A stretch of DNA of 63,935 bases from an uncultured virus (IMG/VR IMGVR_UViG_3300048861_000257). Lineage: Duplodnaviria; Heunggongvirae; Uroviricota; Caudoviricetes; Herelleviridae. The position numbers were made by a program, and so were the translations under genes. The DNA is taken from the IMG/VR virus record IMGVR_UViG_3300048861_000257; one strand, written 5' to 3'. Below, in pieces: positions 10,243-19,287 of the stretch. The number at the start of each line of letters is the position of its first letter. The stretch's first letter is position 1. The notes beneath the pieces were generated by a model that worked only from the letters and a program-made list of their open reading frames with translations, searched no databases and was not told the origin of the DNA.

Positions 10243-11481
10243 TCAGGCCGCGAAGGCGCTGAGCATGAGCTTGGTGGACTCGCCCACCGGGGTGCCGGTG
10301 CGGAAGAGTGCCTCCACGTTGCCCTCGTCGAGCATCGACTGGGCGGCAAGCTGGACCAGGAGGCGGTTGTGGTCGCCTTCGATGGTCGTCTGCTGCGCCA
10401 GCTGCTCCACGAGGATCCGGTTGTCCGCGCGCTCGAAGAGCGCGTAGAGCAGCGAGCCGGACTTCTCGTGATCGGTCAGGCCATTGATCAGCGTCTCCAG
10501 GTCGGAGACGGACTTGGCCTGCTTCAGGCTGCCGAAGCAGTTGGGCTTCGGTGCCGTCAGCGACTGCACCTGGGCGGCCGCGCCGGAGTTGATGCCGGTG
10601 GCGATCTCCGAGACGAGGTGGGTGGCGAACTCGGTGTTCCCGATGTGAGCCTCGATCACCTCGTTGAGCAGGGTGGTCTCGCGACCCTCGCTCATGACCT
10701 GCGTCTGCAGGAACTCGGTGAGCCTGGTCTGGTCGACGGCGTTGAGCCAGCGGCTGATCGCGTGGATCGTGCGGGGCGTGGTGAGCTGGAGCATCTCCTC
10801 GCCGGCGTCCAGGAGATCCGCCATGGTCGCCGTGGTGTCGTCATCGTCATCGTCCTTGCCGTCGACCAGGATCGCGCTGGAGACGCCCTTCTGGAAGATC
10901 AGGTGCGGGAGACGCACGAGGACGGACTTGACGTACGGGTTAAGTTCCGCCCCGAGGATGCCGATCAGCGTCTGGGCCTCCGGCTCGACGTGGTAGATCG
11001 AGAATCGGGAGATCGACGCCTCATCGAGCATCGTGACGTTGCCCTTGTCGTTGCCGGCGACCATGATGCGCAGGTTCTTCGGAAGCTGGATCGAGCCGAT
11101 GCTGCGCAGCGTGGGGAGCGAAAGCGCGGCCGAGGTCACGTCGGAGGTGGAGCGGTTGATCTCGTCGAGGAACAGGATGGGCCACTCGCGCGGGTTGTCC
11201 AAGGCGTAGTCGATCGCGTCCTGGATGACCTGGTGCGGGTAGAACTCCTGCTTGTACTTGGTCACGCCGTTGTGCTCGTAGGGCACCAGGCGGGCACCGG
11301 TGAGGTCGGCCTTGTCCGCGAGCTGGTTGCAAGCGAGGACGAAGGCCTTGGTGTCCATGTCCTCGGCGAGCTTCTCGACGAACGAGGACTTGCCGATGCC
11401 GGGCTCGCCCATGAGGGCGGGGACGGCGCCGACTTCGAGGTCGAGCTTGACGATCTCGGTGAGGGTGTCGTTGAACTTCAT
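10243..11481 (-). CDS. MoxR/dynein-like AAA+ ATPase
   Basis: GEPGIGKS, DLTG, LFLDEINRS, AGN, SISRF, TPR sensor. Confidence 0.9.
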   Translation of the reverse strand: MKFNDTLTEIVKLDLEVGAVPALMGEPGIGKSSFVEKLAEDMDTKAFVLACNQLADKADLTGARLVPYEHNGVTKYKQEFYPHQVIQDAIDYALDNPREWPILFLDEINRSTSDVTSAALSLPTLRSIGSIQLPKNLRIMVAGNDKGNVTMLDEASISRFSIYHVEPEAQTLIGILGAELNPYVKSVLVRLPHLIFQKGVSSAILVDGKDDDDDDTTATMADLLDAGEEMLQLTTPRTIHAISRWLNAVDQTRLTEFLQTQVMSEGRETTLLNEVIEAHIGNTEFATHLVSEIATGINSGAAAQVQSLTAPKPNCFGSLKQAKSVSDLETLINGLTDHEKSGSLLYALFERADNRILVEQLAQQTTIEGDHNRLLVQLAAQSMLDEGNVEALFRTGTPVGESTKLMLSAFAA

Positions 11482-11545
11482 GGCGAGATTTCCTTGTCTG
11501 TTCGGCCGGTTGACCGGTGGATGTGGCGGGCTGGCGCAGGCGCGC

Positions 11546-11932
11546 TCAGTCCGAGAGGTCTGGGAGCTCTGCGATGACGAGATCGGAGTCGCCGTGTGCG
11601 GCGAGCGATCGAGCCTGCAGGGCTGCGGTGTTGTCGCCGAGCGGGTCGAGCACGATGACGATCAGGTCTGGTGCCGCGCTCTCGGCAGTCACGAGGTCGA
11701 CGGCGTGGCCGTTCTGGGAGCCGAATACGGCGACGGGATCGTCACCTGCGCTGGTCACGGTTTCAGCCGTGAGCAACCGGTCGCCCTCTCGGACGATCTC
11801 GGTGAGCACCGTGGCGATCTGAGCCTGGTGGTAGGGCCGGAGAGCATCGGGCACGCACACGTAGACCGTGCGTGGGCCGCTGCGGAGCGATGCAGGCCCG
11901 AGCCAAGCGGCCATGACTGTTCTGCTGGTCAC
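11546..11932 (-). CDS. Hypothetical protein
   Basis: GGAGG RBS before GTG; plausible composition. Confidence 0.55.
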   Translation of the reverse strand: MTSRTVMAAWLGPASLRSGPRTVYVCVPDALRPYHQAQIATVLTEIVREGDRLLTAETVTSAGDDPVAVFGSQNGHAVDLVTAESAAPDLIVIVLDPLGDNTAALQARSLAAHGDSDLVIAELPDLSD

Positions 11933-11956
11933 AAGCCCTCCAGGGGGTCGAAGGTG

Positions 11957-12100
11957 ACCGGGGGGACTACGTGGGTCCCCCCGGGGAAGGCAACGCCTTC
12001 CGTCAGCGACGTGCCGTGAGCAGGGCCCTGCGCCCCTGCTCCGGTCGTCGCAACCTCACCCGGCTGCGCATTGCGCAGCGACTCTGGCCACAGGCCAGAG
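11957..12100. repeat. Chain of five consecutive short hairpins
   Basis: CCGGGGGGAC/GTCCCCCCGG, GGAAGGC/GCCTTCC, GAGCAGGG/CCCTGCTC, GCTGCGCA/TGCGCAGC, CTCTGGCC/GGCCAGAG. Confidence 0.7.
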
Positions 12101-12114
12101 ATAGGCGTGATTGG

Positions 12115-12375
12115 TCACGCCTGTTCGGACACCGTGTTCTCTACGGTGTCCGCTTCACCCGGTCCCGATTCGGAATCGATCGCGGAGACGGCGTCTCTCA
12201 GACGGCCGTACGAGATGTAGCCGTCGATCGTGACGACGCCGTCGGCATCCAGCTGTCCCGTCTCCCACCGATAGATGGTTCCGCCGCGAGGGCCGTCCCA
12301 GTCGGTTTTGACGATCGCCTTGCCGCGGTACTCGTAGCGACCGGCCGCGATCCTCCTCAGGTCCGTGCTCATCAC
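12115..12375 (-). CDS. Hypothetical protein
   Basis: Overlap-coupled to upstream gene. Confidence 0.6.
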   Translation of the reverse strand: MMSTDLRRIAAGRYEYRGKAIVKTDWDGPRGGTIYRWETGQLDADGVVTIDGYISYGRLRDAVSAIDSESGPGEADTVENTVSEQA

Positions 12376-12839
12376 GAGCCCTCGGCGCCATCCCGTTCCG
12401 CGCGAGCGATTCCGTCGTGATCGGAGCGTTTCATCTCGATCACGGCGAAGGTGGTGTGCACCCGATCAGGGCGCCACTGCTCGTACGGAACCGATTCGAA
12501 TGGCTCCGGAACCCGGACGTCGGCCTTCTCGAAGCCGTTCGCGCGGAGCACGGCGGCCTCTCGGTTCGACGTCTCGGCGGCCAGGATCTTCGCGTCCCGC
12601 TCGCGCTTGCGCCGATCCATCTCGACGTCGTAGAGCGCGCGGTTCTGAGCGTTGAGCTGCTCAGAGCGGATCGTGGCCGATTCTGCGTTGGCGAACCAGC
12701 CTTCATCCTCCTCGATCGAGTGATCCACCGCCGGCCGCCCGTCGGCGTCCGTGTAGTGGTAGGAGCTCTCGATCACGTGGATGACGGTGTCGGCATCGCC
12801 TGTCGGATTCGGATCGGTCCTCTGCTCGAGGTTCGTCAC
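12372..12839 (-). CDS. Hypothetical protein (start re-called at GTG, MTNLEQR)
   Basis: AAGGAGGA RBS; protein-like composition from this point. Confidence 0.7.
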   Translation of the reverse strand: MTNLEQRTDPNPTGDADTVIHVIESSYHYTDADGRPAVDHSIEEDEGWFANAESATIRSEQLNAQNRALYDVEMDRRKRERDAKILAAETSNREAAVLRANGFEKADVRVPEPFESVPYEQWRPDRVHTTFAVIEMKRSDHDGIARAERDGAEGS

Positions 12840-12870
12840 GGAATCCTCCTTCCTGTTGCCTGCGGCTCGT

Positions 12871-12951
12871 CTACTGGCAGGAGTCGCACTGCAACAGGTC
12901 CATCGGATCGACGGGCACTGCGTACTCGCCGACCTGTTCCTTGTCAGCCAT
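12871..12951 (-). CDS. 26-aa micro-protein MADKEQVGEYAVPVDPMDLLQCDSCQ with terminal CxxC
   Basis: Translated by hand; GAGGAGG RBS just upstream of ATG; below ORF-track cutoff. Confidence 0.7.
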   Translation of the reverse strand: MADKEQVGEYAVPVDPMDLLQCDSCQ

Positions 12952-13113
12952 CGGGCCTCCTCTTGTCTCGTGCCGCGGTGTGCGCGGCGTCTGGTGGTGG
13001 TGCCGATCGCGTGATCGGCCGCGGCGCGCGGTTGGGCTGCGCGCTGCGCTTGCGGCTGCCGCAGGGCCGCATGGCGGCCCCTTGCCTTCGTGATGGTGGT
13101 CACGGTGGCGTGG

Positions 13114-14076
13114 CTACGAGCGGGCCTCTGCGGCGGCTTGGTCTCCCATGCGTCGTGCAACGAGCGAGACGGCTGCATTCAGCAGCAGCGGCATCCCGTT
13201 GCGGATCTCGTCGTGTTTGTCCCGGTGAGGCAGAACTCGGACGGCGGCTTCGTAGATCAGCCAGGACTTGGCCTGCTCATCGAAGACAGCGTCGGGCTCT
13301 GCATCCTTGATGGCGACGAGGATGGGTCGCAGTCGGTTGAACAGCGTGCCAAGTGTGGAGAACTCGAAACGCGAGTAGTCGTCGTGGAAGTCCTCGAGCT
13401 TCTTCTCCAGCGGCCTGCGCGTCATCAGCTCGATGATCTGCTCCAGGCGTGGGATGGGCGGCCGCTCGGTGCTGATGTCGAACTCGGTCGCCGGCGTCTC
13501 GACAGCGATCTCAGCCAGACTGGCGTAGAGCTCCTCCCACATGCCCGGCTCGTAACCCGGGGCGGGCTTTCGCTCGGCGGGGATGGGCACTCTGGTGAAG
13601 GTGACCCAGTGGTCGAGCAGTATCTCGTACCACCCGTGCTTCTCCTTCAGCACCTTCTTCCCGGTGGCGATCGGGAAGTCCCAGAAGTTCGCTGGCAGAG
13701 GGAGGGCCAGATGGTAGCCCTTGCCGCTCATGGACAGCTCGCCGTAGAGATTCGGGATCTGGAGCAGCCGCGCTGCCTCTTCTGGCGGGCAAGTCTTCTC
13801 GATATCGAGCACGAGGAAGCCGTCCGTCTGGGCGCGCAGGTAGAAGGCGTTGTTCGCAGCAGTCGGCAGGAATCCGGTCAGCTCGTCGAGGGTGACGAGG
13901 CACTCGTCACTGACCTCGTGAGCGCCCCAGAGGCGGCCGGTGGTCATCAGCTCGCGGGTGTTGATGGGCATCTTCGCGCTGTCGGAGACGGTCCAGCGCG
14001 GGATGTCGGCGATCGCGCCGATGATGGGGTTGTCGTAGAACTCCGGGAAGGCGGAGCGCGGGTCTGTCTGACTCAC
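13114..14076 (-). CDS. AEP-superfamily primase/polymerase (stand-alone)
   Basis: LVLDIE (motif I), ELSMSGKGYH (motif II); start re-called at GTG with GAGGA RBS. Confidence 0.75.
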   Translation of the reverse strand: MSQTDPRSAFPEFYDNPIIGAIADIPRWTVSDSAKMPINTRELMTTGRLWGAHEVSDECLVTLDELTGFLPTAANNAFYLRAQTDGFLVLDIEKTCPPEEAARLLQIPNLYGELSMSGKGYHLALPLPANFWDFPIATGKKVLKEKHGWYEILLDHWVTFTRVPIPAERKPAPGYEPGMWEELYASLAEIAVETPATEFDISTERPPIPRLEQIIELMTRRPLEKKLEDFHDDYSRFEFSTLGTLFNRLRPILVAIKDAEPDAVFDEQAKSWLIYEAAVRVLPHRDKHDEIRNGMPLLLNAAVSLVARRMGDQAAAEARS

Positions 14077-14119
14077 GGGGGTCCTCATTTCGGGGCTCCG
14101 GGGTGGTGGTGGACGTGCG

Positions 14120-14163
14120 AACGAAGAAAGGCCCGGAGCACAAGCGCCGGGCCTTTCTTCGTT
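14120..14163 (-). terminator. Intrinsic terminator after putative SSB gene
   Basis: AACGAAGAAAGGCCCGG / CCGGGCCTTTCTTCGTT. Confidence 0.7.
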
Positions 14164-14179
14164 GCGGTTGAGCTGGGTC

Positions 14180-15196
14180 CTAGCCCTGGAAGGCTGCGGG
14201 ACCCGCGCCGGGGACGTCCCACGGGCCCGGGGTGCCGGCCGCCGCCGCGGGGACCGCGTCGAACGCCGACGCACCGCCCTGGTTGGCAGCCGCGGCACGC
14301 TGCTCGGCGAGCTCCTGCTGGAGACGCGCGATCTGCTGCTCCGGGGTCTCTACCGCCGTGGCCGGAGCCGCGGGGGCAGCCTGGACCGGAGCGGCCGGTG
14401 CGACCGGTGCCGTCGCCACGGGGGCGGCGACCGGCGTGCTCAGCGGGAACTGCTGGGCGGCCGGGGAAGGGACGGGCACGACACCCTGGGCGCCCGGCAT
14501 CGGAACGGGGAGCCCGCTCGCGTCGACACCGGTGTTCTCCGGGACGAAGCCCGACAGGTCGGCCTCCGCCTGGAAGGCCGCCGCGGCGGCCGCGGTGTCG
14601 GCCGAACCCGCGTCGGCGGCGCTCACGGACTTGATCGGTCCGTTCACGACGATGCCGCGGGCGGCCAGGGCCGAGGTGTCCAGGCCGGCCGACGCGTAGT
14701 AGCGCACCGGCTCGTTCAGGACGACCTGCTGGAGACCCAGCCCGCGCTTCTCGTAGCCCTTGGGCTTGAAGACCTGCAGGACGAGGGTGACGTCCATGCC
14801 GCTGGCCAGGTCGCGCTCCAGGATGAGCTGGCGGTACGTGCCCGGGTTCTCCGGGTCCAGCTCGAGCACCGTCGGCAGGAACGTCGACTTGTTGTCGATG
14901 CTGAAGCCCTGCTTGCCGGCGTTGTCGCCGCTCTTGACCGGGAAGATCTTCTCCTGGACGAACTGCTCCTCGGGAGTGGCGTTCGCCGGGTCGGCCGGGA
15001 TGACCTGCGCATCCACGAGGTTGATCGTGGTGTGCGGCACCGTGGTCGGGTACAGCGAGCCGCGCGCACGCGCCTGCTCGATGCTCCGCTGGAGGGCGGG
15101 CCCGTCGATCACCTGCGCGATGCGAGAGAAGGACACGCGGCCTCGGACGATGATCTGCTGACCCTCGCGGAGGCGCTCTGCGGGAATGATGCTCAT
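14180..15196 (-). CDS. Putative phage-type single-stranded DNA-binding protein with Ala/Pro-rich tail
   Basis: Beta-rich N-terminal ~170 aa (RGRVSFSRI..., GLGLQQVVL), disordered tail, position among replication genes; function is inference. Confidence 0.5.
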   Translation of the reverse strand: MSIIPAERLREGQQIIVRGRVSFSRIAQVIDGPALQRSIEQARARGSLYPTTVPHTTINLVDAQVIPADPANATPEEQFVQEKIFPVKSGDNAGKQGFSIDNKSTFLPTVLELDPENPGTYRQLILERDLASGMDVTLVLQVFKPKGYEKRGLGLQQVVLNEPVRYYASAGLDTSALAARGIVVNGPIKSVSAADAGSADTAAAAAAFQAEADLSGFVPENTGVDASGLPVPMPGAQGVVPVPSPAAQQFPLSTPVAAPVATAPVAPAAPVQAAPAAPATAVETPEQQIARLQQELAEQRAAAANQGGASAFDAVPAAAAGTPGPWDVPGAGPAAFQG

Positions 15197-15359
15197 GTGA
15201 GCCTGCTTTCGTTCGGTTTCGAAGTGGTTTCGTGTATGGCTTTGCGAATGGTTTTGTGTTGCTGCTCGCGCTGTCCGAAATGCTCAGATAGACTGGTATA
15301 CGAGCAAATTTGAGGTCTTCCTAGATGACGGCCAGCTCCTTCCTGAGACAACGAGAGGT

Positions 15360-15821
15360 GTGGGGATGACCGAGGATCAGAGCACGACAGAACAGACCGG
15401 TCGCACGCGCGCTGCGCGCTCGTACGGCTGGGGGCCCGTGACGGCCGCCGGCGGCATCGTCGTCGGTCTGGCCGCTCTGCTTGTCGTCGGCAGCTGGAGC
15501 GTCGCAGGCGCGATGACCAGCCCGGTTGCCGTGAGCTCGTCCCAGGCTCCGTCGACACCAGAACCCGGCGTCGAGACGCCGGGTGCGGAGGACCCTTCAA
15601 CACCCCCGGATCGCGGTAGCGATCCCACCCCGACTCCGGCTCAGCCGGACACCATCTACCTGATCCAGAACGGCGACACCCTGACGTCGATCTCCGCGAA
15701 GCTCGGCGTGAGCATCGACGCGATCGCGGCGTACAACGCCGTCCGCGACGTCAACGTCATCTCTGCTGGCGCGGCGCTCCGGGTGCCCTTCATCTACGTG
15801 CCGCCGTCGGCGGGTCAGTAG
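15360..15821 (+). CDS. Membrane-anchored LysM-domain protein
   Basis: N-terminal TM helix, Pro/Thr linker, YLIQNGDTLTSISAKLGVSIDAIAAYN...ISAGAALRVP. Confidence 0.9.
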   Translation: MGMTEDQSTTEQTGRTRAARSYGWGPVTAAGGIVVGLAALLVVGSWSVAGAMTSPVAVSSSQAPSTPEPGVETPGAEDPSTPPDRGSDPTPTPAQPDTIYLIQNGDTLTSISAKLGVSIDAIAAYNAVRDVNVISAGAALRVPFIYVPPSAGQ

Positions 15822-15827
15822 CCGATT

Positions 15828-15871
15828 CCAGAAGACCCCGGTCGTCCGCATGGGCAACCGGGGTCTTCTGG
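15828..15871. terminator. Bidirectional terminator between convergent genes
   Basis: CCAGAAGACCCCGG / CCGGGGTCTTCTGG. Confidence 0.7.
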
Positions 15872-15874
15872 CGT

Positions 15875-16078
15875 TCACAACGGACTCAGGTCGAGGTCTC
15901 CGAGGACGTCTTCGACGTCGAGTTCGTCGTCCTGCTGTTGCGCGGCGGCTTCGCTGAAGGCTTCGCGGAACGCCTGTGGTGTGAGCGTGCTGAGGTCGAC
16001 CGCGGCGAGGTCGACCACGACGACACCGGGCCCGATCTCGATCCCGGTGCCGTCGCGCCGGTCGGTGTGCTGCGCCAT
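15875..16078 (-). CDS. Small acidic protein (MAQHTDR...LGDLDLSPL)
   Basis: Starts 5 nt after SNF2 stop; C-terminus duplicates that of SNF2 helicase. Confidence 0.65.
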   Translation of the reverse strand: MAQHTDRRDGTGIEIGPGVVVVDLAAVDLSTLTPQAFREAFSEAAAQQQDDELDVEDVLGDLDLSPL

Positions 16079-16083
16079 GGCGA

Positions 16084-17574
16084 TCACACCGGGCTCAGGT
16101 CGAGGTCGCCCAGGATCTCCCGGATGTCCTCGTCGATGTCGTAGATCTCGACGGCGACGGCCGCGAGCAGACCGTCCTGGACCATCTCCTTGCGCGCGAG
16201 AGAGAGCGGAAGCTTCTCGTCTCGCGTGCCCTTGGTGATGAGGCGCCACACCTGCACAGGGTGTTTCTGGCCGATCCGGGCCAGGCGCCCGATCGTCTGC
16301 TGGTAGTGCTCGAGCGAGTCGGGCAGCGTGTACCAGATCAGCGTGTAGCCGCCGTCCTGGAGATTCAGACCATGTCCGGCGCTGGCGGGCTGCAGGAGCA
16401 TCACCGGGATCTGGCCGGCGTTCCAGCGGTTGATCATGCCGCGGCTGCCGTCGAAGGTCTCGACCTGGTGACCGGCCTTGCCCAGGTACCGTCGCAGCTG
16501 CTGCTCGTCAGAGCGGAATCGGTATGGCAGGAGCACCGGGGACCCGCCGTTGTTGCGGATCAGGTAGTCCGCCATCGCGAGCTTCTCCTCGTGAATGACC
16601 GCGAAGTTGTGTTTGTCGTCGACGTACATGGTCCCCGAGGCGAACTGGATCTGTTTGCCGTAGAGGATTGCCGCGTTGTCGGCGGTGATCGTGACGGTGC
16701 CTGGTCGGAGCGGATCCGGGCTGGCCAGGTCGAGCACGAGCTGCTTGGTGAAGTCCTTGTAGGCCTCCATGGTGTCCTTGTCGAGAACGACCGGTACGTC
16801 GTCGATCGAGACCTTGGGCAGGGGGATGTTCGCGTTCTGCGTGCTCATCACCTTGTGCTTGATGCGCTCGTAGATCTCCTCTTCGGCGCCGGGGCGCGGC
16901 TCCCACTTCACGGGCCGGTTGTTCACGATGAGCTTCGGTACGAAGTACCGTTCGTGGAACTCGGTCATGGTCGTGCCGAGGGCGAGGCCGCCATCCAGCA
17001 GGAACATCTGACTCCAGATGTCCTCGAGACCGTTCGGTGTCGGCGTGCCGGTGAGCTCGATGAACCGGATGGTGGCGGGTGCCACCTTCTTGAGCGCCTT
17101 GAAGCGCACTCCGCTCGGGCTCTTCAGCGTCTGCGACTCGTCGATGATCACAGTAGAGAACGGCCAGAGCGTTTGCGTCCGGCCGTTCACCTTCTGGGTC
17201 GGCATGTTCTTCACGAGATCGCCGATCAGGTCGACGTTGATGAAGTACATCGTCGGTGCTGAGTTCCAGACCTCCTTGTACCGCCGGAGCCGCTCGGTCC
17301 GGTCGATCTGCTTGTCGTTCTCGTCGACGATGAGACTCTGGGTGCGTAGGGGGAAGCCCCACTTCTCGATCTCGGCGATCCAGGTCGACCGGGCGATGTT
17401 GATCGGCGCGACGACCAGCATGTGGCCGGCGGGGCGAACGCGGGCGAGTGCAGTCAGCGTGCAAAGGGACTTCCCGCCGCCCATCTTCATGAAGACGCCG
17501 CACTTGGGGCGCTCGGCTATCCAGTCGACGACCACCTCTTGGTGGGGCATCAGGGTGGGCATGGTGAACGTCAT
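16084..17574 (-). CDS. SNF2-like superfamily 2 helicase, phage-type
   Basis: MKMGGGKS, IIDESQ, LTGTPTPN, SAGHGLNLQ, QTIGRLARIGQ; start MTFTMP with GAGGAG RBS. Confidence 0.92.
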   Translation of the reverse strand: MTFTMPTLMPHQEVVVDWIAERPKCGVFMKMGGGKSLCTLTALARVRPAGHMLVVAPINIARSTWIAEIEKWGFPLRTQSLIVDENDKQIDRTERLRRYKEVWNSAPTMYFINVDLIGDLVKNMPTQKVNGRTQTLWPFSTVIIDESQTLKSPSGVRFKALKKVAPATIRFIELTGTPTPNGLEDIWSQMFLLDGGLALGTTMTEFHERYFVPKLIVNNRPVKWEPRPGAEEEIYERIKHKVMSTQNANIPLPKVSIDDVPVVLDKDTMEAYKDFTKQLVLDLASPDPLRPGTVTITADNAAILYGKQIQFASGTMYVDDKHNFAVIHEEKLAMADYLIRNNGGSPVLLPYRFRSDEQQLRRYLGKAGHQVETFDGSRGMINRWNAGQIPVMLLQPASAGHGLNLQDGGYTLIWYTLPDSLEHYQQTIGRLARIGQKHPVQVWRLITKGTRDEKLPLSLARKEMVQDGLLAAVAVEIYDIDEDIREILGDLDLSPV

Positions 17575-17627
17575 GCGGCGGCTCCTCAAGCTCGTGGATG
17601 GGTTGAGGAACCGTCACCCGTCGTGGG

Positions 17628-18041
17628 TTACGTGCTCCTGGTGGGCGCGTCTGACCGCGCCATGGACTCGAATTCGATGAGGTCCAGCGGATAGGTGCCG
17701 GACCATTGGAAGACGAGCGGACAGGGGATCAGCGCGGGGTCGATGGCCGGTTGCGGGACGTTGTAGAACTGCCGTGCGGTCCAGTCCACGGCGAACGGCT
17801 GTTCGTTGTTGCCGGGTGCGGTGATGACGGCGAACCAGTGCTGCCCCTCGACGTCCGAGTCAGCTCGGACGAGGTGTCCATCGAAGCCGGCCGCCTGGGC
17901 CGCGGCGAGGAACCGCTCGCTCATGACGTCGCAGTCGGGCGACTCCCACTCGGACTCGTCCGGGTAGAGGAGCGCCCAGCCACGCGCGTCCGAGTCTTCG
18001 GCCGTGAAGTGAGCGCAAAGCTCGTCCACGGACTTCAACAC
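17628..18041 (-). CDS. Hypothetical protein
   Basis: Coupled to upstream gene; C..H..DWTARQF pattern. Confidence 0.6.
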   Translation of the reverse strand: MLKSVDELCAHFTAEDSDARGWALLYPDESEWESPDCDVMSERFLAAAQAAGFDGHLVRADSDVEGQHWFAVITAPGNNEQPFAVDWTARQFYNVPQPAIDPALIPCPLVFQWSGTYPLDLIEFESMARSDAPTRST

Positions 18042-18277
18042 AGGCACTCGCCACTCAGCGAAGCTGCAGTGTGGCAGCGCGGGCACACCGCGCCGACGGG
18101 CTTCTCCTCAGGGCAGTCCGCGTGAGACCAACCCTCTGCCGCACGGGTGATCATGTCCCCTTCCGAGAACGGCTCGTGGCAGGTGCTGCACTGGCCCGAG
18201 TGGGCCGCGGCGAACGGCCGCGCGACGGCCTCGAACGTCCGAGCGTCTGCCGGGCCGAGCTGGGTGTCGATCGTCAT
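18035..18277 (-). CDS. Small zinc-finger-like protein
   Basis: CSTC, HADC, CPRC, CLC. Confidence 0.7.
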   Translation of the reverse strand: MTIDTQLGPADARTFEAVARPFAAAHSGQCSTCHEPFSEGDMITRAAEGWSHADCPEEKPVGAVCPRCHTAASLSGECLC

Positions 18278-18591
18278 GGGTTCTCCTCCGTAACTGTGGG
18301 TTCGATGGCAGGGTTGGCGAGCAACTCCTCGAGCAGCGCATCGACCTTCGGGCGGCTGTCGATGACGCGGACGTCGCCGCCGGCGGCCCGCATCTCCCCG
18401 TGGCGGTGCAGCTGCAGCCGGCGTGGCTGGCCGCCGGGCGCCTTCGTCTCGACGAACACGGTGTGCCCTGCTAAGAGCACGATCCGGTCAGGTACCCCGG
18501 TGACCCCGGAGGTGAACTTCAGGCACATGCCGCCATGCGCCTCGGTGCGCTTCTTGAGGTAGCCCTCGACGTAGTTCTCGGCTTTGCCCAT
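18274..18591 (-). CDS. VRR-NUC domain nuclease
   Basis: GVPDRIVL..VFVETKAPGGQPRRLQ; typically adjacent to phage SNF2 helicases. Confidence 0.9.
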   Translation of the reverse strand: MGKAENYVEGYLKKRTEAHGGMCLKFTSGVTGVPDRIVLLAGHTVFVETKAPGGQPRRLQLHRHGEMRAAGGDVRVIDSRPKVDALLEELLANPAIEPTVTEENP

Positions 18592-18593
18592 GG

Positions 18594-18887
18594 CTACGGC
18601 TGCCCCCGCTCAGGCAGCCCGACCCACGGTCCCCACATCCCGAGGATGGGCGTGTACTCCCGCGGGCGCTTCACGCCGTGGTGATCGGACCAGCAGCCGT
18701 CTGCGTCAAGCACCCAGCGCTCACCCTCGTTGTCGAGGTACTCGCCTGGCGCGGTCGGGATCGTGTCGAGTTGTTCGCGCAGGCGCGCGTCGACACGATC
18801 TCGACCCGCTTCGTCGACGGTTGCGGGGTAGGCGTCAAGCGGCAGCAATCGCTGGGCGCGGGGCCGGTGCTTCTTCTTCAATAGCAT
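18594..18887 (-). CDS. Hypothetical protein (MLLKKKH)
   Basis: AAGGGG RBS; co-oriented. Confidence 0.6.
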   Translation of the reverse strand: MLLKKKHRPRAQRLLPLDAYPATVDEAGRDRVDARLREQLDTIPTAPGEYLDNEGERWVLDADGCWSDHHGVKRPREYTPILGMWGPWVGLPERGQP

Positions 18888-18900
18888 GTTGCCCCTTCGG

Positions 18901-19287
18901 TCAGACGGCGCTCGGAGGCGGGAGCACCAGAGAGCGCAGGTAGGCCACCTCGTTGTCGTCGAGGACGTGTCCGGACCTGATCCAGTCCGCGGCGTCGACG
19001 GTGCCGTCGAGGTCCGCGATGGTGCGGGACGTCTGGGCCTCGGGCCCCTGGACAGCCCCTCCAGCCCAGACCTGTTCGCCGTCGCGCTCGAGTGCAACGC
19101 GACCGAAGTCGGCGTGCGATTCGAACTTGATCACGGTGGTCTCGTCGTCGGTCCTGGACGGAACGACCTGGATCTTGAGGATCGAGGCGCTCTCGTCGTT
19201 ATCGAAGTCGACCCAGCCGGACTGGTCCGGGTAGATGTGCGGCTCGAGGACTTCGCCGGTGTCGAAGACGGTGAGGGGTGCGGTCAT
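18901..19287 (-). CDS. Hypothetical protein (MTAPLTV)
   Basis: ATGA overlap with upstream gene. Confidence 0.65.
   Translation of the reverse strand: MTAPLTVFDTGEVLEPHIYPDQSGWVDFDNDESASILKIQVVPSRTDDETTVIKFESHADFGRVALERDGEQVWAGGAVQGPEAQTSRTIADLDGTVDAADWIRSGHVLDDNEVAYLRSLVLPPPSAV

Noticed and set aside
12952..13110. Possible short ORF between primase and micro-protein
   Set aside because: Arg/Pro/Ala-rich translation with no recognisable features; more likely a leader region
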